A model generated the notes under the pieces. That model searched no databases, was not told the origin of the DNA, and saw only the letters and a list, made by a program, of their open reading frames with translations. From contig CAMDYM010000001.1 of NCBI GenBank assembly GCA_945910425.1, positions 1,398 through 65,397 on the forward strand: a stretch of 64,000 nt of DNA, in the 5' to 3' direction. A program made the translations under genes and the position numbers. This stretch comes from an uncultured Candidatus Melainabacteria bacterium (lineage in GTDB: Bacteria; Cyanobacteriota; Vampirovibrionia; Gastranaerophilales; Gastranaerophilaceae). This document shows positions 27,392 through 36,457 of this stretch, piece after piece; positions within the stretch are counted from its first letter, which is position 1; each line of letters opens with the position of its first letter.

Positions 27392-28253
27392 ACCAAAAGT
27401 AATAGCAATAGTCGGCGCAACAGCAAGCGGCAAAACAGCTTACTCAATTGAACTGGCAAAACAAATTGATGCTGAGATTATTTCCTGCGATTCAAGGCTT
27501 GTATATAAAGGTTTTGATATCGGTACAGCAAAACCATCAAAAGAAGAACAAAGCGGGATTCCGCATTATATGATAGATATTGTTGAACCTGAATTTGAAT
27601 ACTCAGCAGGATTATACAAACAACAAGCTAAAGAAAAAATTAACGAGATTTTAGCAAAAGGTAAAACACCTATAATTACAGGCGGAACAGGCTTATATAT
27701 AGATATTTTACTAAAAAATTATGATTTACCGCAAATTGAAGCCGATAAAAAGTTAAGAGAAGAACTAAAAAATTTTGAAACTTCAGAAATTTACTCAATT
27801 CTGGAAAAGCTTGATAAGCCAGGGGCTGAAACAATCGATAAAAATGACAGAAAAAAACTTATCCGAGCTATAGAAATAGTCAAAAAAACAGGGAAACAGC
27901 TAAATAATGTCCGCTCAATCGGTGAAAGTGAATATGAAATTGAATGGCTGGGAAGAAATTTTGACAGGGAAACGCTTTATTCAAGAATTGATAAAAGAGT
28001 TGACATTATGATTGAATCAGGACTTGTAGAAGAAACAAAAAAACTACTAAATCGTCATGGTAGAATCCCAAACCTTATAAACACAATCGGATATAGAGAA
28101 ATCCTGGGTTATATTGATAATTTGTACTCACTTGATGAAGCCTGTAATTTACTAAAGAAAAACACAAGAAACTATGCAAAACGGCAATTAACATGGTTTC
28201 GTAAAAACGAATCAATAAAATGGAATGTTTACCCTGAAAAATTAAAAAAGTAA
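27369..28253 (+). CDS. miaA: tRNA dimethylallyltransferase
   Basis: VIAIVGATASGKT P-loop, ISCDSRLVYKGFDIGTAKP, GGTGLY, RQLTWFR. Start at ATG 27369 (MNKLSQNKPK), overlapping the upstream gene by 23 nt. Confidence 0.9.
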   Translation: MNKLSQNKPKVIAIVGATASGKTAYSIELAKQIDAEIISCDSRLVYKGFDIGTAKPSKEEQSGIPHYMIDIVEPEFEYSAGLYKQQAKEKINEILAKGKTPIITGGTGLYIDILLKNYDLPQIEADKKLREELKNFETSEIYSILEKLDKPGAETIDKNDRKKLIRAIEIVKKTGKQLNNVRSIGESEYEIEWLGRNFDRETLYSRIDKRVDIMIESGLVEETKKLLNRHGRIPNLINTIGYREILGYIDNLYSLDEACNLLKKNTRNYAKRQLTWFRKNESIKWNVYPEKLKK

Positions 28254-28700
28254 TTATATTTTAACTTTAACAACAACTTTTTTTACCTGTTCAGCGTAAT
28301 CATTAACAGAAACTTGCGGAGCATGAGCTTCATGAGGATAAATCAGAGCAAAATTTGTACCATTTAAAGTCAAGTAATCAGACTTTTTTACAGAATCCTT
28401 AAAAAACACGATATCCCTTGATTTATCATAAGGTGCAGCTTCAATAAGCCCTTCAACATCATTATAATAAATACGTTCATTACCGCTTAACAATAACTGA
28501 ATATCAATATAATCCCTATGAGCTTCAAACTTAGCAACTTCATGAGGTTTTGTCAAATAAGACTCAACATTTGCAAAATTATCTTCGCCAAGTTCATATC
28601 TTCCCTCTTTTATATCAGGAGTTATATTTTTTATAAAGGTATGCGCAAATTCAGGAATTTCTTTATATTTTGAAATATTTTCAATTTTATCAATAATCAT
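28254..28700 (-). CDS. YhcH/YjgK/YiaL family (DUF386, EbgC-like) protein
   Basis: 148 aa. MIIDKIENISKY..., HRDYIDIQLLLSGNERI, and FALIYPHEAHAP are typical of the family. Confidence 0.7.
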   Translation of the reverse strand: MIIDKIENISKYKEIPEFAHTFIKNITPDIKEGRYELGEDNFANVESYLTKPHEVAKFEAHRDYIDIQLLLSGNERIYYNDVEGLIEAAPYDKSRDIVFFKDSVKKSDYLTLNGTNFALIYPHEAHAPQVSVNDYAEQVKKVVVKVKI

Positions 28701-28721
28701 GCTTAACCTTTCTTTAAATAT

Positions 28722-28746
28722 AAAGGCGGATATAAAACCCGCCTTT
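28722..28746 (-). terminator. Terminator after the 870-aa pseudopilin gene
   Basis: AAAGGCGG-N9-CCGCCTTT hairpin 16 nt past the stop codon. AT-rich but interrupted U-tract. Confidence 0.5.
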
Positions 28747-28761
28747 ATTAATCCACACTTA

Positions 28762-31374
28762 TTAGAATGAACGTAATCTGCGTCTTACTGTCATTACACA
28801 CGATTCGTAATCGCATGGATTAATTGATTTATCAGTAGACGCTGTCGTACTGTCATTGCGTAAATAATCAGTACCTTTTAGCTCAACCTCATGTTCTACA
28901 TTACTTGAATCCTTATAAGCAGCTTTTTCATAGAACTTTTCACCTAGGTTTTTACAGTAAGGCGTATTTTTACTTATTTTACGCATTGTACAAATTGCAC
29001 GGGCATAAGAGACATTAGACATTACAACTTTTTTCTTTCTTGCATCACCTGTACTTTCCATATAATAAACATCAACAGGAAGCTGGTTTGGACTGTTACC
29101 ACCCAAGAAAAGATTTGAATGAGCTGTATCTTTATCTTTTACACCATCTAAAGGATAACCCGGATAAACTGTTCCGTTTGAAGCTATATAGAACGGGAAT
29201 ACATCTTCCCATAAAGTACCGTTACCTTTTGATCCATTTATATCAACAAACACTGTAAACCCGCTTATCGCATAGACCCTTACATCATTTTCATAATCAT
29301 CCTTTGAATATCCTCCACTACTTGCAGTCATTGCAGCAGCGATATCAGATAAATCAGGGGAAGCGCAACAATTTCTGGCATCACCCATTCCACCTGTAGT
29401 ACCATCTTTTATACTTGAAGAAGCTAAAGCAAAACAAGCATTTTCAGAAGCGCAGAAATAAGCATCACTTGACGCATTTTTACAATCTGCTTGTGTCTTT
29501 TTGTTTAAATTTTTACAAATATTTCGAGATTCGGTACTATTATCCGTAGAATAGGTCAACCCTGGAATAGAAGCTAATCTGTCACTCATAATCCACAAAT
29601 GTAACCCGTTAGCTAATATAATATTTGGTTTTAACCCTGTACCTGTTCTAGGATTAAATGCAAAAGCTCCGGGTTTTGAATCAATAGACATTAATCGTTT
29701 ACTTGTCTCGGTTGATCTGCCTAAAGCAGCTTCATAAACTTCTTTATAATACTTTGCACCGCTTAATCCGGGAACATCAGTATAAGCTATCTCACTACTA
29801 TAATCATGCTTAATATTCCAGTTTTCAGCAATCAATTCTGAAAAACGGCTTGCTCGAATAATTGGAGGATTAAGAATACAGATATTATGTTCTTCATCTA
29901 AAGAATACCCTGTCGGACAAGCTGTATGAACTGTACACCCGACAGATTGTGCCGCGCCATCAGGTCTTTTAAATCCCGGGATACAAGCACAACCATCACC
30001 GCTTGCCACAGAGTTTTCAGGACAGCAAGCTCCTAATGATTCACTAAAATCATTTGAACAAGCAACACATTTATAACCACTTGAAATTTTTACTGCATAA
30101 TTATATCTATTATTAGAAGAAATAGAACACGCTACCTTTGGATTATTTGCAGAAACTTCATACCCCGTTTTTGGAACACAATTTAAAGTTTCAAAAGTTC
30201 TATCTTCATTTTGCCATCCGGCATCAGTAGAATCCCCGGTATAAAATCCTTTTGCAGCCTTACAAAAAGTGTCGTTAAAAGTAGGTCTTTCAACTTTAAC
30301 CTCAGCAGAACCTGAACCATCACCAATTTTACGCTTTACAATTTGCTGCAGAATACATGTCCCTCTATTTGAAACAGAAGTATAATCTACGAAATTACTT
30401 GAATCAAAACCGGCACCTGAATCTTCCTTACCATCATCTTCACCGTCATCATCACCTGTGTCTTCATCATCGTGTTTAAATTCTATCGAATTTTCATACT
30501 TATCCATGGTAACAGAGTCAGTTGAATTTGCTTTAATATGTGGTTTAATACCATTATTACATAAATTAGCTCCACTATCAGGATTAGAATTTGTATACCC
30601 AATATAACTTACTAAACTTGAAACTGGAACTGTCAAAGAATCTTCCGAAGGTAACATTCCTTTAAAAACTTCATGTACGGCGATTGGTCCTTTAATTTCG
30701 TGAGTAATAATATTTCCATTATTATCTTTAGCCGGAGCGCCATTAACATCCTTTTCGGTAACTGTACCGCAGACTGCATTTTTAGCACAATCCTTAGTAT
30801 AACCGTAACAATTATTGAAATCACTTTTCTGATAGAAAGTTTGATGATATTTAATTATATTACCTGCTTCATCTTTTTCGGGTACACTTGTTTTTACAAC
30901 TGAACCACCATTACATACTTTGTATGGCAACCATAGTTGCTGTATAAAATCATCGGTTGTATAAAGTTGAGTATCTGTTTGAAAATCCACATAACCGTCT
31001 TCAGCAAACGCCTTAGGGAAAAGTTTTCGCATTAATGAGTTTTCAGAAAAAGCGATACGTTTTGTAATATCGTTAAAAAATCCTTTTACTCTTGCTGCCA
31101 AACTGTTTTTAACATGATGTTTTGCAATCCTATTAGGTGCAGGTCGGGCAGAAGTAGATTCACTTTCTTCATATTTTTCACCCATAATAACAATTTGAGA
31201 TGCCATTTTTTCTACAGACTTAAACGCCATATAATAAGCGTATTCATCAGATTTTTCAAGCTGACGATTAATTATAGGTAACGTTACAAACGCTAATATT
31301 GCAACAATAAATAAAGCAATAACGATTTCTGCCAACGTAAACGCAGATTTTTTAATATTATTTTTAAAACTCAT
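28762..31374 (-). CDS. Giant cysteine-rich pseudopilin-like protein (870 aa)
   Basis: MSFKNNIKKSA|FTLAEIVIALFIVAILAFVTLPII is a prepilin-type N-terminus. Acidic run HDDEDTGDDDGEDDGKED. Many Cys, including CVACSNDF..CCPENS..CACIPGF..CTVHTACPTGY..NICI. The C-terminal block FVDINGSKGNGTLWEDVFPFYIASNGTVYPGYP resembles the C-terminal part of the small pilin-like gene at 42622. GGAGG RBS. Confidence 0.7.
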   Translation of the reverse strand: MSFKNNIKKSAFTLAEIVIALFIVAILAFVTLPIINRQLEKSDEYAYYMAFKSVEKMASQIVIMGEKYEESESTSARPAPNRIAKHHVKNSLAARVKGFFNDITKRIAFSENSLMRKLFPKAFAEDGYVDFQTDTQLYTTDDFIQQLWLPYKVCNGGSVVKTSVPEKDEAGNIIKYHQTFYQKSDFNNCYGYTKDCAKNAVCGTVTEKDVNGAPAKDNNGNIITHEIKGPIAVHEVFKGMLPSEDSLTVPVSSLVSYIGYTNSNPDSGANLCNNGIKPHIKANSTDSVTMDKYENSIEFKHDDEDTGDDDGEDDGKEDSGAGFDSSNFVDYTSVSNRGTCILQQIVKRKIGDGSGSAEVKVERPTFNDTFCKAAKGFYTGDSTDAGWQNEDRTFETLNCVPKTGYEVSANNPKVACSISSNNRYNYAVKISSGYKCVACSNDFSESLGACCPENSVASGDGCACIPGFKRPDGAAQSVGCTVHTACPTGYSLDEEHNICILNPPIIRASRFSELIAENWNIKHDYSSEIAYTDVPGLSGAKYYKEVYEAALGRSTETSKRLMSIDSKPGAFAFNPRTGTGLKPNIILANGLHLWIMSDRLASIPGLTYSTDNSTESRNICKNLNKKTQADCKNASSDAYFCASENACFALASSSIKDGTTGGMGDARNCCASPDLSDIAAAMTASSGGYSKDDYENDVRVYAISGFTVFVDINGSKGNGTLWEDVFPFYIASNGTVYPGYPLDGVKDKDTAHSNLFLGGNSPNQLPVDVYYMESTGDARKKKVVMSNVSYARAICTMRKISKNTPYCKNLGEKFYEKAAYKDSSNVEHEVELKGTDYLRNDSTTASTDKSINPCDYESCVMTVRRRLRSF

Positions 31375-31387
31375 CTATCCTCCAGTA

Positions 31388-32212
31388 TTATTTTAATTCC
31401 TGCAAAGCTTTTTCATAATCTTCTTTAGACGGTGCCTTTCCGTGCCAGCCGGCATTATTTTCCATAAAGCTTACACCTTTACCTTTAATCGTATTAGCGA
31501 TTATTGCCGTTGGCCTATCAGATTTTTTAGCCTCTTCAATCGCAGAATAAATCTGCCTGATATTATGTCCGTCTATTTCAATAACATTCCAGTTAAATGC
31601 TGAAATTTTATCTTTCAAATTTCCAAGCGGTTTAACACACTCTGTTGAACCGTCTATTTGCAATCCGTTTCTATCAATTATTGCGATAAGATTATTCAAA
31701 TTACGATGCGGAGCAGCCATTAAAGCTTCCCAAACACTGCCTTCCTGCATTTCTCCATCACCTAAGAGAACAAATACATTTGCAGGATTTTTATCTAGTT
31801 TTAAAGACATTGCAATACCGCAAGCTATTGATAAACCTTGACCTAAAGAGCCTGTTGCAACTTCAACCCCCGGACACCACAGAGAAGGATGCCCTTGAAG
31901 TCTTGTACCAAGCTTTCTAAATGTTTTTAACTCGGATTTTTCAATAAAACCAACCTGAGCTAAAACCGAATAATAAATAGGTGAAACATGACCTTTTGAT
32001 AATACAAATCTGTCACGAGAATCATACTCCTGCGACAATTTACCCCTCAAAGCATGCTTCATACATTTATTAAACAAAACAGTCATTAATTCGCAAGAGG
32101 ATAAAGAACCTCCGATATGACCCGATGCGGCTTCATAAACCATATCAAGAATATTACGTCTGTTTTCTAAACATAACTTTTCAAGTTCTTTTATTTCAAT
32201 ATCTGTCAACAT
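31388..32212 (-). CDS. Transketolase, N-terminal subunit
   Basis: SGHIGGSLSSCELM, GHVSPIYY, GSLGQGLSIACG, and the TPP motif GDGEMQEGSVWEA. 274 aa. Confidence 0.9.
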   Translation of the reverse strand: MLTDIEIKELEKLCLENRRNILDMVYEAASGHIGGSLSSCELMTVLFNKCMKHALRGKLSQEYDSRDRFVLSKGHVSPIYYSVLAQVGFIEKSELKTFRKLGTRLQGHPSLWCPGVEVATGSLGQGLSIACGIAMSLKLDKNPANVFVLLGDGEMQEGSVWEALMAAPHRNLNNLIAIIDRNGLQIDGSTECVKPLGNLKDKISAFNWNVIEIDGHNIRQIYSAIEEAKKSDRPTAIIANTIKGKGVSFMENNAGWHGKAPSKEDYEKALQELK

Positions 32213-32929
32213 TTATTTATTAAACAACCTTTCTTTTAAAACTTTTAAGATAAACAACGGAAGTGTCGGGAAAATACGTTTAAACCTTTTAGGCTCTTTT
32301 ATAGTTCTATAAAGCCACTCTAAGCCCATTTTTTGATAAATTTTCGGTGCACGCTCAACAACACCTGCCCAAACATCAAAACTTCCGCCAAGCCCAATCA
32401 TAAGAGCATTCGGCAATCGTTTTTTTAATTCCGCATTAAAAAATTCTTGTTTTGGAGAACCCAGTGCAACCAAAACCAAATCAGGATTAGCATTAACTAG
32501 GTCATTAAGTATTGATTCATCATCCGTAAAATATCCGTCATGAAAATATACAATATTAACATTTTCGATTTCATTTTTAAGATTTTTTACAGCCAACTCA
32601 ACAACTTCAGATTTTGCTCCCACAAGTGCTATTGTTTTATTTTCTTTAGAAAACTTAACAATTAATGCTTTACCAAGTTCTATCCCCGGGATACGTTTTA
32701 CATTATACCCAAGAAGCTTCAGCCCTATTTCAACACCTATTCCGTCGGGAACAACCAAATCCGACTCTGAGATAATTTGAGCAAATTCAGGATTTTTTGA
32801 AGCTGTTTCTATCATTTCAGGGTTAATCGTAACAATCTGACCTCCATGACTATAAGCATAATCTACGGCTTGGTCAAAAGTAAAACTATCAACTCCATAT
32901 CCCGAAATTTTAACCAAATCTCTATCCAT
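32213..32929 (-). CDS. WecB/TagA/CpsF family glycosyltransferase
   Basis: VTINPEMI, DGIGVEIG, GSPKQEFF, GGSFDVWAG, EWLYR. Its stop abuts the transketolase-N start with no gap. Confidence 0.8.
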   Translation of the reverse strand: MDRDLVKISGYGVDSFTFDQAVDYAYSHGGQIVTINPEMIETASKNPEFAQIISESDLVVPDGIGVEIGLKLLGYNVKRIPGIELGKALIVKFSKENKTIALVGAKSEVVELAVKNLKNEIENVNIVYFHDGYFTDDESILNDLVNANPDLVLVALGSPKQEFFNAELKKRLPNALMIGLGGSFDVWAGVVERAPKIYQKMGLEWLYRTIKEPKRFKRIFPTLPLFILKVLKERLFNK

Positions 32930-32974
32930 ACGTATATTATATCATATTATCCACAATTATGCTATAATCTTATT

Positions 32975-33793
32975 ATGAAAATATTTAAAATTTTTTTTAT
33001 ATTATTAGTTGCAATAATAACAGCAGGAAAAGTTAATGCGGTAGAATTTAATGTTGTTGTTTTACCAACAGACATTTTTAATATTTGTGACAATTATTTT
33101 TGTTTTCCCGAAGCTTCTGAAATTGCCTCAGAATGTATAATACAAGAATTAAATTCCTATAAGAATATTTCAGCTTACTCATTAGCAGACACAAGGGCAA
33201 AATTAAACGCTAACCCTGAATTAAAAGAAGAAACAGCTTTAATGCTTGATAAATTTTCTAAAATAGACAGAATAGATTTTAAACCGTTAAAAGATATATC
33301 AAATGAATTTGACGTAAAATCTGTTATATTAGTTTCAAGTTGGGTAAGCAATGAAGAAACTTTAACAAAACGGAATCTGTGGGAAATACTTGAAATAACA
33401 AGCGCATTTAAGATTTCTCATCCTTTTAAACTAAATACTAATGCAGTTTTAACAGATACTGTTAATAATACTGTCATGTGGAGCGGAAAGTATGCTGTTG
33501 ACATAACAGATTCTAACGGCTTTTTCAACGGTGAGAATCAGGCAAAAGCGGCTTCCCAGTTAGAAAAGATTAAACAATACTACAAAAACAATGTTTCACA
33601 AACAATAAGCCAAAATATCAGGTTAAGATTTTTCCCAAAAGATGTTAGGACATTTTCTCTACAAAAACAAGAAACCCAAGAATCGCAGTTTATGCCAAAC
33701 GCACTTGAACATCTTTCTAAACCTAAACTGCAAACAGAACTTAACGAGCTTTATAAAGAAACAACCGCGGATGATTTAATTTTTGATTTTTAG
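32975..33793 (+). CDS. Secreted hypothetical protein
   Basis: Start at ATG 32975 gives the signal peptide MKIFKIFFILLVAIITAGKVNA|VEF. TATAAT at 32964-32969. The longer ORF-track start would overlap the divergent tagA-like gene. Confidence 0.5.
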   Translation: MKIFKIFFILLVAIITAGKVNAVEFNVVVLPTDIFNICDNYFCFPEASEIASECIIQELNSYKNISAYSLADTRAKLNANPELKEETALMLDKFSKIDRIDFKPLKDISNEFDVKSVILVSSWVSNEETLTKRNLWEILEITSAFKISHPFKLNTNAVLTDTVNNTVMWSGKYAVDITDSNGFFNGENQAKAASQLEKIKQYYKNNVSQTISQNIRLRFFPKDVRTFSLQKQETQESQFMPNALEHLSKPKLQTELNELYKETTADDLIFDF

Positions 33794-33983
33794 ACAACGG
33801 CTGAACTTTTTCAGATTTAAAAACCGAAGCAACCGTAGTATTAATTTTACGGCAACTGTCTGCCAAATCACAATATGCAATTACGGTAATAATTGAAAGC
33901 ATTATAAAGAAATATCGTTTTTTCATAAGGATATCTTAAGGTAAAAATATATAATTTAATCCGACAAAATAGTAATAAAAGAA

Positions 33984-34008
33984 TTAAAAAAGACTCCGTT
34001 TGGAGTCT
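33984..34008 (-). terminator. Terminator after tRNA-Leu
   Basis: Minus strand AGACUCC-AAAC-GGAGUCU followed by UUUUUU, 6 nt after the tRNA CCA end. Confidence 0.7.
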
Positions 34009-34014
34009 TATAAA

Positions 34015-34103
34015 TGGTGCCGATGGCCGGGGTCGAACCGGCACGAGGGTTGAACCTCACAAGATTTTGAGTCTAGCACGTCTACCAATTCCATCACATC
34101 GGC
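34015..34103 (-). tRNA. tRNA-Leu (anticodon CAA), class II with long variable arm, CCA encoded
   Basis: Minus strand GCCGATG-TG-ATG-GAATTGGTAGA-CGT-G-CTAGA-CU CAA AA-TCTTG-[GAGG TTCAAC CCTC]-GT-GCCGG-TTCGACC-CCGGC-CATCGGC-A-CCA. The cloverleaf was folded by hand, with one U-U mismatch in the anticodon stem. Confidence 0.9.
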
Positions 34104-34240
34104 TTAATTTTAAATTGTCATAAACTAATTCTAACCCAAAAATATTTTTTTTCAAGAAGTTTTCAAAATTATAATCCCCTGATTGTTTTATACCCGTAAC
34201 CATTAACAAAAACAATAAAATACAGGATAAAATTTGTATT

Positions 34241-35032
34241 ATGAAACGAACAATTTTTACATTATTATTAGCAATTTTCATGACAAACACGGCTTACGGC
34301 GAAATTTTCACAGGCGGAGTTTCAAAAGTCGGAGAACAGGAAAGTAATCGTGTTATAGACTCGGATACCAAACAAGGTGTTGATTTTGCAAAAGTTACTA
34401 TTCCACAAAAGAAATACTATACCTATACTGACGCTAACGGAAATTTTAATCTTCCTGCAATAAAAATTGATTCACCAACTATTTTAAACGTTGAAAAAGA
34501 AGGTTACAGACCGTTCTCGGTTACAATAAACAGCGGTCAAAGCCTAAGTTCAGAACCAATGAAAATAACAATTGTCAGAAGTAATCCGACAGATATAGCG
34601 CTTGACTCAGAAATTCTTCATCTTGGAGATAACAATTTTTCTAAAAACTCAGCTAATGCATCAGATTTTAAGCTTAAATCAATTGGTCCTTACTATTCAA
34701 AAGATTTTATCATGACAAACAACGCGAAACAAAGTTCAAACTACCTTGTTATAGGCTCAATCGTCGGACTTGATACAAAACTGGCAAAATCAATGGGACA
34801 AAACCGTATCCGCTCAGCCTACTCAAGCCCTGCCGAAATCTATTTTAACGGCAGAATGATAGGTCAACTGCACGTAAACGGTGACGGCCAAAGAATAAAA
34901 ATTCCAAACAACTTAATCAGACCTGATGAAAGAAATCAAATAACAATAAAAACAGGACAAAACCTTATGCCAAGCGACCATATTGACTATGATGATATAG
35001 AAATTATGAATCTTTCTATTTTAAGTGAATAA
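34241..35032 (+). CDS. Secreted protein with carboxypeptidase-regulatory-like (CarboxypepD_reg) domain
   Basis: Signal peptide MKRTIFTLLLAIFMTNTAYG. VIDSDTKQGVDFAKVTIPQKKYYTYTDANGNFNLPAI..ILNVEKEGYRPFSVTI is the typical Ig-like beta-sandwich motif. Confidence 0.55.
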   Translation: MKRTIFTLLLAIFMTNTAYGEIFTGGVSKVGEQESNRVIDSDTKQGVDFAKVTIPQKKYYTYTDANGNFNLPAIKIDSPTILNVEKEGYRPFSVTINSGQSLSSEPMKITIVRSNPTDIALDSEILHLGDNNFSKNSANASDFKLKSIGPYYSKDFIMTNNAKQSSNYLVIGSIVGLDTKLAKSMGQNRIRSAYSSPAEIYFNGRMIGQLHVNGDGQRIKIPNNLIRPDERNQITIKTGQNLMPSDHIDYDDIEIMNLSILSE

Positions 35033-35034
35033 AC

Positions 35035-35062
35035 AAAAAGGAGAACTTAGATTCTCCTTTTT
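35035..35062. terminator. Bidirectional rho-independent terminator
   Basis: AAAAAGGAGAA-CTTAGA-TTCTCCTTTTT. Confidence 0.65.
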
Positions 35063-35089
35063 GCGTAATTATAAAATTTTTCACTTTTT

Positions 35090-35170
35090 ACGGCGAAGCC
35101 GACCCTGCGGAGCACATCTATCTAACAAAAATCAAAGCTGTTAGTAGCACAATACCCCGTCCGGCGAGGA
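35090..35170 (-). repeat. GC-rich structured element, copy A (conserved core 35138-35170), abutting the ftsZ stop codon
   Basis: Minus strand directly after the ftsZ TAG reads TCCTCGCCGGACGGGGTATTGTGCTACTAACAGC. A second copy lies after argS at 47422-47457. GC content is far above the surrounding intergenic DNA. Hairpin CCUCG-CCGGA-CGGGG. Confidence 0.5.
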
Positions 35171-36343
35171 CTATCTTTTTAAGAAATCAGGAATTTCTAT
35201 ATTTGTAAAGTTATTGCTTGATGAAGACAATACTGATTTAGTTTGAGTATTAAATGCACCTGAGAAGAAATCTGCTGCATTTAACTGATTATCAGGTTTA
35301 GCTTCATTGGAAGTTCCAAACATCAAACCTTGAGAATTATTTCTTAGCTCAAAGCCTGTTGCAATAACAGTAATTTGGATTTCACCCTGAATATTTTCAT
35401 TAACAGCTGTACCGATAATAACAGTTGCATCATCAAGAACCGCATCATGAATAATAGAAGCAGCATCGCTGATTTCGTGAATACCCATATCAGGACCGCC
35501 TGTAATGTTAACAATAACACCTGAAGCTCCGTTAATTGAAGATTCAAGAAGTTGAGAGTTAATAGCTTGTTGAGCAGCTTTAACAGCTCTGCCTTCACCT
35601 TGAGCTCTACCGATACCCATTAACGCAGAACCCGAAGATTGCATTACAGTCTTCACATCGGCAAAGTCAACGTTAATAATACCCGGAACAGTGATGATAT
35701 CAGAAATACCTTGAACACCGCGAAGTAACACTTCATCAACGATTACAAAAGATTCTTGTAATGAAACTTGTCTATCAACAACTTGAAGCAATTTATCGTT
35801 TGGAACTACAATAACTGCATCAACTGATTCTTTAAGTTTATCAATACCGCTGTTTGCTTGGTTTTGACGTTTTTTACCTTCCCAAGAGAAAGGTTTTGTA
35901 ACAACCGCAATTGTTAAAATACCCAATTGTTTAGCAATTTTAGCCACAATAGGGGCTGCACCGGTACCTGTACCGCCGCCCATACCTGCTGTGATAAATA
36001 CCATATCAGCACCTTCTAAGGCCTGGGTGATTTCTTGTTGAGCTTCTTCTGCTGCTTTTTCACCTACTGACGGATCGCCGCCTGCACCCAAACCTTGTGT
36101 TGAAGATGAACCTAATTGGATTCTGTGATTTGTCTTTCCGTTAACCAATACTTGTAAGTCTGTATTCATTAACCAAAATTCTACACCTGATAACCCTGAT
36201 TGTATCATTCGGTTAACAGCATTTCCGCCGCCGCCGCCGACACCGATTACTTTAATATTAGTAGGGTTTGCACCTAATCTTGAAGTCTGATTAGCTGATG
36301 ATTCATCTTTTCTTGCAAAGATATCTGAAACGATATTTTCCAC
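35171..36343 (-). CDS. ftsZ: Cell division protein FtsZ
   Basis: [30 protein letters not shown] (tubulin signature), NVDFADV. GTG start with an AAAGAGGT RBS. 390 aa. Confidence 0.95.
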   Translation of the reverse strand: MENIVSDIFARKDESSANQTSRLGANPTNIKVIGVGGGGGNAVNRMIQSGLSGVEFWLMNTDLQVLVNGKTNHRIQLGSSSTQGLGAGGDPSVGEKAAEEAQQEITQALEGADMVFITAGMGGGTGTGAAPIVAKIAKQLGILTIAVVTKPFSWEGKKRQNQANSGIDKLKESVDAVIVVPNDKLLQVVDRQVSLQESFVIVDEVLLRGVQGISDIITVPGIINVDFADVKTVMQSSGSALMGIGRAQGEGRAVKAAQQAINSQLLESSINGASGVIVNITGGPDMGIHEISDAASIIHDAVLDDATVIIGTAVNENIQGEIQITVIATGFELRNNSQGLMFGTSNEAKPDNQLNAADFFSGAFNTQTKSVLSSSSNNFTNIEIPDFLKR

Positions 36344-36457
36344 GTTATTTACCTCTTTAATTGTTCCTAAAACATATAATACAACAATATAGTATTTTAA
36401 ATAGAAAAAAAGTACAATAATTTTAAATAAATTATGTACAAAAGTTAATATAAACCC

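Noticed and set aside
33741-33926. 61-aa minus-strand ORF with a hydrophobic, lipoprotein-like N-terminus (MKKRYFFIMLSIITVIAYC)
   Set aside because: It has no RBS, a poor lipobox, and overlaps the 3' end of the convergent gene at 32975-33793 by 53 nt. It cannot be excluded as a small membrane peptide, but I lack support to call it.
34057-34290. 77-aa minus-strand ORF
   Set aside because: Its 3' part overlaps tRNA-Leu (34015-34103) and its 5' part overlaps the start of the signal-peptide protein gene at 34241. It has no RBS.
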